From Patescibacteria group bacterium (GTDB taxonomy: Bacteria; Patescibacteriota; Patescibacteriia; JAGPKW01): a stretch of 43,063 nt of DNA. Below, piece by piece: positions 36,030 through 43,063 of the stretch. Under the pieces are notes generated by a model. It made no database searches. It saw only the letters and a program-made list of their open reading frames with translations, and was not told the DNA's origin. Within the stretch, counting starts at the first letter, position 1. Each line of letters starts with the position of its first letter. The DNA is taken from assembly GCA_021734125.1 (NCBI GenBank), contig JAIPJN010000003.1:1-43063 (forward strand). Reading direction: 5' to 3'. Made by a program: the position numbers and the translations under genes.

Positions 36030-38783
36030 TTATGCCCCACAACAATGTTTGTATTTTTTACCACTACCACAAGGACATGGATCATTTCTACCCACTTTTT
36101 TACCATGCTTATCTCTTAATTTTTCAGCATTTCCTTCCCGTGAACTAGTTTCTTTATTCATTTTTTCTCTAATATCATCTTTCTTTAAAAAAGCATTGAA
36201 TTGTTCTTTTTGTTCAGCTCCGGTCATTTTAATATCTTTTAAATTGTCAGCATTTTCTGGGGTTATTAATTTAACTTTAAAAATAGAGTAAACAATTCTA
36301 TTTTGGATATCATCCATCATCTTATCAAAAGCCATATAAGCTTCTTTTTTATATTCAACAAGAGGATCTCTTTGTCCATAACCTCTCAAACCTATTCCCA
36401 TTCTTATTGAAGATATATTTTCAAGATGTTCTATCCAAAGTCTATCAATAACTCTTAAAATAATATTTTTTTCTATTCCTCTTAATATTTCGGGAGTAAT
36501 ATCTTTTTCTAAAAGCGCATAAGAAGAAGCCGCTAAATCAAATAAATATTTAACGATAGCTTCTCTATATTTTTCTACATTCTTTTCATTTTTTTCTCTT
36601 AAATTTTGTAAAATCTTTTCCATTCCTGAAACTCCCTCTTTTAAAGGAAATATAGTAAGCATAGTTTCTGATATTTCTTTTAAATCCCATTCTTTAGAAT
36701 TTTCTTGTGCAGCATGAAATGTTACAACTTGGTTTATTTCAGATTTAATAAAATCTAAAATAATTTCTCTAGAATTTTCATTATTTTCTAATAAATAATT
36801 TCTTTTATTATAAATTAAATTTCTTTGATTATTTAAAACATCATCATATTCAACAAGGTGTTTTCTGATATCAAAATTATTCCCTTCAACTTTTTTCTGA
36901 GCAGATTCTAAAGATCTAGAGACTAATTTATTCTCAATAGGAAGATCATCTGGAATACCCATTCTATTCATCATATTTTTCATTCTATCAGGAGAAAATA
37001 TTCTCATAAGATCATCTTCTAAAGAAACATAAAATCTACTTTCACCAGGATCTCCTTGACGACCAGACCTACCACGAAGCTGATTATCTATTCTTCTAGC
37101 TTCATGTCTTTCTGTTCCAACAACATACAAACCGCCTAATTTTTTAACTTTTTTATATTCTTCATCCTCTTTTGGATTTCCTCCCAACATAATATCAACT
37201 CCCCTACCAGCCATATTAGTAGCAACAGTAATAGATTTAGATTTACCAGCTTGAGCTATAATTTCAGCTTCTCTTGCATGATTTTTAGCATTTAAAACTT
37301 CATGAGGAAGTCCTGCTTTATCTAATAATTTATCTAATAATTCATTTTTATCTATAGAAGCAGTACCAATCAAAACAGGCTGACCTTTTTCATATCTTTC
37401 TCTAATATCCTGTATTACAGCATCAAATTTAGCTTTTTCTGTTTTATAAATTTTATCAGACTTATCTAATCTTATAACAGGTTCATTTGTAGGCACTACT
37501 ATAGTTTCTAAATTATAAATTTTACTAAATTCTTCAGCTTCAGTTATAGCTGTACCAGTCATACCAGCCAATTTATTATACATTCTAAAATAATTTTGTA
37601 ATGTTATTGTAGCTAAAGTTATACTTTCATTTTTTATATCTACACCTTCTTTTGCTTCTATTGCTTGATGTAAACCCTGAGAATACCTTCTACCCGGCAT
37701 AAGTCTTCCTGTAAATTCGTCAACAATAACAATTTCTCCTTCTTTTATTACATAATCTCTATCAATATTAAATAAAACTTCAGCTTTTAAAGCTTCTTCT
37801 AAATGGTGAACAAGTAAAATTCCTTCATCTGTATAGATATTTGCAACTCCAAGCATAGATTCTATTTTTGCTAAACCTTCTTCAGTAAGTGTTGCCGTTC
37901 TCATTTTTTCATCAATATTATAATCAGTTTCTGCATTTAATCTTTTAACAATTTGAGCAAATTTATAATATTGATCTTTATCTCCACCAGAAGGGGCTGA
38001 AATTATAAGGGGTGTTCTAGCTTCATCAATTAAAATACTATCAACTTCGTCTACTATAGTATAATTTAATTCTCTTTGGACTTGATCTTCTTTCTTATCA
38101 ACCATATTATCTCTTAAATAATCAAAACCAAATTCATTATTAGTTCCGTATAAAATATCTAAATCATAAGCTTCTTTTCTAGTAACGGATGTAAATTTAA
38201 ATTTATAATTTCCAACAGTTTCAAAAAATGAAGAAGAAGTTTCTTCATCTTCATCTGTTTTTTCATTACTATCTAAAATTTCAAGTTTCATAGATGTTTG
38301 ATGACCTATAAAACCAACGCTAAGTCCTAAAAAAGTATAAACTTTTCCCATATTAAAACAATCTCTTTTTGCAAGATAATCATTAACAGTTACAATATGA
38401 ACTCCTTTTCCAGAAAGACCATTTAACACTCCAGGTAAAGTTGCAACTAGGGTTTTTCCTTCTCCGGTTTTCATTTCACAAACATAATTTTTGTGTAAAA
38501 AATATCCAGCTAAAACTTGAACGTCAAAATGAGTCATTTTTAGAATTCTTGTAGAAGCTTCTTTTGTAATAGCAAAAACATCTTCTAGAATATCTTCCAT
38601 TTCTTGTTCATAATCTTGTGATTCTAAAATTTTATTTTTATAATTATAAATTGCATTTTTTAATTCTATATCAGATAATTTACTATATTTTGAGGATAAA
38701 GAATTAACTTTTTCAACAATTATTTGATTTTTTTTCATTATTTTTTCATTTGGATCAGGAAAAATTTTATTTAAAAAAGACAT
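36030..38783 (-). CDS. secA: Protein translocase subunit SecA
   Basis: EMKTGEGKT, DEVDSILIDEARTPLIIS, QLRGRSGRQGDPG, SEC-C motif. Confidence 0.99.
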   Translation of the reverse strand: MSFLNKIFPDPNEKIMKKNQIIVEKVNSLSSKYSKLSDIELKNAIYNYKNKILESQDYEQEMEDILEDVFAITKEASTRILKMTHFDVQVLAGYFLHKNYVCEMKTGEGKTLVATLPGVLNGLSGKGVHIVTVNDYLAKRDCFNMGKVYTFLGLSVGFIGHQTSMKLEILDSNEKTDEDEETSSSFFETVGNYKFKFTSVTRKEAYDLDILYGTNNEFGFDYLRDNMVDKKEDQVQRELNYTIVDEVDSILIDEARTPLIISAPSGGDKDQYYKFAQIVKRLNAETDYNIDEKMRTATLTEEGLAKIESMLGVANIYTDEGILLVHHLEEALKAEVLFNIDRDYVIKEGEIVIVDEFTGRLMPGRRYSQGLHQAIEAKEGVDIKNESITLATITLQNYFRMYNKLAGMTGTAITEAEEFSKIYNLETIVVPTNEPVIRLDKSDKIYKTEKAKFDAVIQDIRERYEKGQPVLIGTASIDKNELLDKLLDKAGLPHEVLNAKNHAREAEIIAQAGKSKSITVATNMAGRGVDIMLGGNPKEDEEYKKVKKLGGLYVVGTERHEARRIDNQLRGRSGRQGDPGESRFYVSLEDDLMRIFSPDRMKNMMNRMGIPDDLPIENKLVSRSLESAQKKVEGNNFDIRKHLVEYDDVLNNQRNLIYNKRNYLLENNENSREIILDFIKSEINQVVTFHAAQENSKEWDLKEISETMLTIFPLKEGVSGMEKILQNLREKNEKNVEKYREAIVKYLFDLAASSYALLEKDITPEILRGIEKNIILRVIDRLWIEHLENISSIRMGIGLRGYGQRDPLVEYKKEAYMAFDKMMDDIQNRIVYSIFKVKLITPENADNLKDIKMTGAEQKEQFNAFLKKDDIREKMNKETSSREGNAEKLRDKHGKKVGRNDPCPCGSGKKYKHCCGA

Positions 38784-38865
38784 TTTTTTCGTACATTAAA
38801 CAATTAATTATTATAATTTTACAATAAAATTACAGAAAATGCGAATATAAATAAAAATTATACAA

Positions 38866-38889
38866 TGGCCAGCCATGGCTGGCCACTAC
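38866..38889 (-). repeat. REP-like palindrome, family D
   Basis: TGGCCAGCCATGGCTGGCCACTAC. Confidence 0.88.
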
Positions 38890-38901
38890 ATTTTTTACAA
38901 A

Positions 38902-40107
38902 TTATTCGTGTCTTAATGCGTCTATTGGATTTAATTTACTCGCCTTTTTTGCTGGATAATATCCAAAAACAATACCAATAAAAGCACATATTCCTAAACC
39001 TAATCCAATAGACTTCAAGGATAAAATAGAATCAAAACCAATTAAAGATGAAGCAATAGACGATAAACCCCAACCCATTAATATACCAATTATTCCTCCA
39101 ATTAAAGTTAATACAATTGCTTCAAGTAAAAATTGATTAGTGATTTCTTTATTTTTTGCTCCGATAGCTTTTCTTAAACCTATTTCTTTAGTTCTTTCAG
39201 AAATATTAGTAAGCATCATATTCATAATTCCAATTCCTCCAACTAAAAGTGATATTCCAGCAATGGCAGCTAAAACTCCAGATAATGTTCCCATAATAGT
39301 ATCTGTTAATTCTAATATATCTTCTTGAGAAATAATATTAAAATAATCTTGTTCATCTTTATTTATAATTCCCCTATTTTTCTCTAAAATATATTTTATT
39401 TCCTCTTCTTCTATTAAGGGATTAGCATCTGTAGCTAATTCAACAAACATAGCATTATAACTATCATTACCAGTTATAAATCTTCCAGCAGTATTTACAG
39501 GAAGAAAAATCCAAGAAGTCATATCATTCATTCCCGATGCTTCAGAATCATCAAATACACCTAAAACTAAATATTTAGTTCCATTTATTTTTATTTCTTT
39601 TCCAATAGGATCTTTATTTTCAAATAAATCCTCAGAAATTTCAGGACTAATTATTGCAACTTTAGAATATGCATCATTCTGTAAACTATTAAAAAAAACT
39701 CCGTTTTTAAGACCCATATTCATAGTTTCTAAATAGCCGTCAGGAATTCCTGTTATAGAATAAGTTTCAGAAATATCAAGATAAGAAACATCAGAAGATG
39801 CAGAAATTACTCCATAAGCATTTTCTATATTTTCTAATTTTAATAAAGATTCAACATCATCATAATTTAACATTTCAGGTCTTATATTATTTTCAAAAAA
39901 AGTAGGAGAATTAATGGCAATTGTTAAAAAATTAGATCCAACAGAATTAATTTCACTTTCTATTGATGAAGAAGCGCTTTCTCCAACAGAAATCATAGAA
40001 ATAACAGAGCCAATTCCAATAACAATACCTAAAACAGTTAAAAATGTTCTTATTTTATTAGTAAACAGTGAATTAAAAGTTTCTGATATTAAATCAAATA
40101 ATTTCAT
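38902..40107 (-). CDS. MacB/FtsX-like ABC transporter permease
   Basis: RTFLTVLGIVIG, ISLLVGGIGIMNMML, ERTKEIGLRKAIGA, PIDALRHE. Confidence 0.93.
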   Translation of the reverse strand: MKLFDLISETFNSLFTNKIRTFLTVLGIVIGIGSVISMISVGESASSSIESEINSVGSNFLTIAINSPTFFENNIRPEMLNYDDVESLLKLENIENAYGVISASSDVSYLDISETYSITGIPDGYLETMNMGLKNGVFFNSLQNDAYSKVAIISPEISEDLFENKDPIGKEIKINGTKYLVLGVFDDSEASGMNDMTSWIFLPVNTAGRFITGNDSYNAMFVELATDANPLIEEEEIKYILEKNRGIINKDEQDYFNIISQEDILELTDTIMGTLSGVLAAIAGISLLVGGIGIMNMMLTNISERTKEIGLRKAIGAKNKEITNQFLLEAIVLTLIGGIIGILMGWGLSSIASSLIGFDSILSLKSIGLGLGICAFIGIVFGYYPAKKASKLNPIDALRHE

Positions 40108-40108
40108 A

Positions 40109-40831
40109 TTAATTAGAAAATATTTTTTTAGTTTTTTGATTTTTATAATCTTCAGTTATCATCCCATCTTTAATCCTGATAATTCTATCAGCAGAATTAG
40201 CAACATATTCATCATGCGTTATTAAAATAATAGTAACCCCTTCGTCTTTATTTAATTTTTGAAAAGTCTTTAAAACAAAATCTCCAGTTTTACTATCTAA
40301 ATTTCCTGTTGGTTCATCTGCTAAAACAATTGAAGGAGAATTAACTAATGCTCTAGCAATTGCTACTCTTTGCATTTGTCCACCTGAAATTTCATTAGCC
40401 TTATTTTTTATTTTAGTCATATCAAACGAAACACTTTCTAAAAATTTTAAAGCAATTTTTTTTCTTTCTTTTATATGAATTTGGGTATTATAAATAAGTG
40501 GAAGTATAACATTATTCAAAACATTTGTTTTCCCTAATAAATTGAAAGATTGAAAAACAAATCCAATTTCTTTTTGTCTGATATTAGATAATTCTCCAGA
40601 GTCCATTTCTGATATATTTTTATTATTTAAAAAATAATCACCTGAATTTGCAGTGTCTAAAGCCCCTAAGATATTCATCATAGTAGATTTACCAGATCCA
40701 GAAGGCCCAATAATTGCAATAAATTCTCCTCTATTTACAAAAAAATTTATATCTTTTAATGCATGAAAAGAATTAGAACCCTTACCATAATACTTATTTA
40801 AATTTATACATTCAATAACTTTTTCTGACAT
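40109..40831 (-). CDS. MacB/LolD-like ABC transporter ATP-binding protein
   Basis: GPSGSGKST, ISGGQMQRVAIARAL, LADEPTGNLD. Confidence 0.95.
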   Translation of the reverse strand: MSEKVIECINLNKYYGKGSNSFHALKDINFFVNRGEFIAIIGPSGSGKSTMMNILGALDTANSGDYFLNNKNISEMDSGELSNIRQKEIGFVFQSFNLLGKTNVLNNVILPLIYNTQIHIKERKKIALKFLESVSFDMTKIKNKANEISGGQMQRVAIARALVNSPSIVLADEPTGNLDSKTGDFVLKTFQKLNKDEGVTIILITHDEYVANSADRIIRIKDGMITEDYKNQKTKKIFSN

Positions 40832-40837
40832 TTTATA

Positions 40838-42700
40838 TTATTTAGAAGGATAAGTTTTCGCCCCACCTCCTCTACCTTGAGGAGCTGTTGATGTTTCCAT
40901 ATTCATCATATCCATAAAATTTTTAGTAGTATCAGAAGATGTGTTTATAGTCCTAGTTATAATTTCTTCACCAACTTCAATTCCAGATAAAATTTCATAA
41001 TTAAAATCATTATAATCACCTATTTTTACATATTTTTTTTCAGGAGAGTTATTTTTCAAAACTTCAACATAAAAACCATTATCATCCTCTTTTAAAGCAA
41101 AACTGCTTACTAATAACAAATTTTCTTTTTTAGATATTATAATTTTTATATCAGCATTCATACCATCTCTTATTTTGCTATATTTTTCTGAATTTTCTTC
41201 ATTATTTATAGAAACTACAACTTTATAATATGTTAAATCAGAATATCCTTCTTCAGGTAGTCTAGAAACAGATATAACTTCACCAGAAAAAGTTGTATCT
41301 ACAAAAATATCAAATTTTATTTCTACTTCTTGTCCTTTTTTAATTTTTGAAATATATGTTTCATTAACCAAAGCTTCTATTGTTTTTTTATCAGAATTTA
41401 TACTTAAAAGTTGAGTATTGGAGTTTACAGAATCTCCAACATCAACATCTAAAGATGTAATAATTCCAGAATTTGGTGCTTTTATATAATATTTATCTAA
41501 ATTTTTATATAAAGTATTTAAATTATTTTGAGATTGAGTTACACTAATTTCTCTAGATCTTATATCTTTATAATCAGCACCATCTAAAAGATCCTTTAAA
41601 CTTTGTTGTTGAATTTTTATATTTTTTTCAGCGTTTTCTATAGATTCTTTAATATTATTTATTCCTGTTCCAGAATCACTATACATTAAATTATTTACAG
41701 TTGTTACATGAGAGTTTATAGTTGGAGTAATTTGAGAAAGTAAAGTATTATATTCAGTTAATTTATGATAAACAGTCCTTAAATGTTCTTCATTATAATC
41801 AATCCAATAATCATATAAAATATTTTCGGACCTTATTAAATCATATATAGCATCAGAAATCTCTTCTGTTTTTTTAATTAAAGTTTCAATTTCTTCTTTT
41901 TTTGAAGAAGTGTCTATATTATAATAATAATCAATATTTTTAGAATAAATACTTTTTGCTTTTAAATAATATAAAGTAGCAGTTCTTATATATTTTTCTA
42001 AATCATTTTGATCAGTTATATTATAAAAATTAGCATCAGTTGTAAGAATGTTTGTCCAATAATCTGGAATTTCTACATTCCAAATATCAGAATTATCTAA
42101 AGTATAGTTATCATCTTCTTCATCATATGTTATATAAAGATCTGATAAATATAAAATTTTTCTAGAATCAGAAAGTAAATCATTAAAATCTAAATATATA
42201 GAATTAAGGGTTGTTAGAATTGAATTATATTTTCTATCTAATTTTATTTCTAAATTTTCAAGATTTTGTTTAGCCTGAGTTAAAGATTGTTCTGCTCTAA
42301 GAATAGAAAGATCATCAACCGGCTCTTTTATACTTTCTAAATTTAAATTAGCTATTTCAAGAGAATTTTTTGCATTTAAAATATTATCATTATAAGAAGA
42401 TGGATCTAATATTAATAAATCTTGTCCTTTTTCTACATAATCACCTTCTTCTACATTAATAGATAAAATTTCCTCAGAAACTTCAGCTTTTATTATATTA
42501 GAATAATTAGAAACAACTTCCCCTGAAACTTCAACATAATCTTCAAAAGTTTCCTTTTCTAAAATTTCAGTTATATAAGAAATTGTATTTCCTGTATTAT
42601 TTTTATTTTTAAATAAAAAAAATAAAACAATTCCTAAAATAATTAAAATTAAAATTAACCATTTAATTAATTTTTTAATTTTTTTCTTATTTTTTAACAT
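40838..42700 (-). CDS. HlyD/MacA-family membrane fusion (adaptor) protein with long helical insert
   Basis: N-terminal TM, VEEGDYVEKGQ and IKAPNSGII lipoyl halves, GMNADIKI, EILSGIEVGE. Confidence 0.9.
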   Translation of the reverse strand: MLKNKKKIKKLIKWLILILIILGIVLFFLFKNKNNTGNTISYITEILEKETFEDYVEVSGEVVSNYSNIIKAEVSEEILSINVEEGDYVEKGQDLLILDPSSYNDNILNAKNSLEIANLNLESIKEPVDDLSILRAEQSLTQAKQNLENLEIKLDRKYNSILTTLNSIYLDFNDLLSDSRKILYLSDLYITYDEEDDNYTLDNSDIWNVEIPDYWTNILTTDANFYNITDQNDLEKYIRTATLYYLKAKSIYSKNIDYYYNIDTSSKKEEIETLIKKTEEISDAIYDLIRSENILYDYWIDYNEEHLRTVYHKLTEYNTLLSQITPTINSHVTTVNNLMYSDSGTGINNIKESIENAEKNIKIQQQSLKDLLDGADYKDIRSREISVTQSQNNLNTLYKNLDKYYIKAPNSGIITSLDVDVGDSVNSNTQLLSINSDKKTIEALVNETYISKIKKGQEVEIKFDIFVDTTFSGEVISVSRLPEEGYSDLTYYKVVVSINNEENSEKYSKIRDGMNADIKIIISKKENLLLVSSFALKEDDNGFYVEVLKNNSPEKKYVKIGDYNDFNYEILSGIEVGEEIITRTINTSSDTTKNFMDMMNMETSTAPQGRGGGAKTYPSK

Positions 42701-42785
42701 CTTATTATTTTATATTTTAAGCACTTAAAGTATTACTCATATTATAATAAAAAATATTCAAAGTAAACTAAATTTTTACTAAAAT

Positions 42786-42817
42786 AAAAAAAACTCTCTT
42801 AATTTATTAAGAGAGTT
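42786..42817 (-). terminator. Intrinsic terminator
   Basis: AACTCTCTTAAT/ATTAAGAGAGTT with a T run on the minus strand. Confidence 0.75.
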
Positions 42818-42829
42818 AAAATTTTTAAA

Positions 42830-43063
42830 TTAAATAGGAAGAATTTTAACTACTTTTATATCTTCATATAAAAGTAATTTATCTTTTAATTTTAAAATTA
42901 ATCCCAAAAAATCTTTTGTATAATTACCATTTCTAAAAAAAACAATAATTATAGAAGCATGATAACCTTCTTTTTTACAATAAATGTTTATATCTTTATT
43001 GTGTTTAGAAAGTTCACATACAACATCATGAATAGCATTAAAATAATCACCCGCACCTTCAAA
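42830..43063 (-). CDS. Partial hypothetical protein (start outside window)
   Basis: Open frame FEGAGDYFNAIHDVVCELSKHNK..VVKILPI* ending just before a terminator. Confidence 0.55.
   Translation of the reverse strand, partial: FEGAGDYFNAIHDVVCELSKHNKDINIYCKKEGYHASIIIVFFRNGNYTKDFLGLILKLKDKLLLYEDIKVVKILPI

Noticed and set aside
1100-40225. Short antisense or alternate-frame ORFs in the track (e.g. 1100, 2239, 3458, 4948, 10278, 12934, 14096, 16497, 18594, 24503, 30852, 31255, 36049, 39140, 39914)
   Set aside because: They overlap well-supported genes and show no recognisable protein motifs.
1-43063. Genetic code 25 (TGA = Gly) as in Gracilibacteria/Absconditabacteria
   Set aside because: Gly-rich genes are full length under code 11, and the GT4 gene ends in TGA in an ATGA overlap at 34835-34838.

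Overview
Very AT-rich bacterial chromosome segment in genetic code 11 (ORFs are intact with TGG for Trp, and one gene ends in TGA). Gene content suggests a Patescibacteria (CPR) genome, which is an inference: a VirB2/TrbC-like pilin, CPR-type conserved hypotheticals, and housekeeping genes mostly without a Shine-Dalgarno (SD) sequence. The backbone is housekeeping: tRNA-Lys, secG, a family-5 binding protein, rnj, uvrB, murC, gltX, rfbD, rpmE, rplY, smpB, tmRNA, infC-rpmI-rplT, ybaB-recR, rplU, a flippase, tRNA-Arg(GCG), a DEDDh exonuclease, hisS, a UvrD helicase-nuclease fusion, tRNA-Gln, lysS, an O-antigen-ligase-like gene with two glycosyltransferases, secA and a MacAB-like exporter. Two unusual layers sit on top of this. 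First, about 20 GC-rich GTAG/GTGG-headed palindromes of five families, including chimeras and shared AT-rich linkers, occupy the intergenic gaps. They look like a REP/BIME system, but no RAYT transposase gene is in the window. Second, seven orphan genes, three of them too short for the ORF track, are each built as a stand-alone unit (sigma70 promoter, strong (A)GGAGG SD, terminator) and each lies just downstream of a palindrome cluster. One is bracketed by 38/40-identical direct copies of a chimeric palindrome. Together these suggest a possible REP-associated gene-cassette system, which is a hypothesis and not demonstrated.
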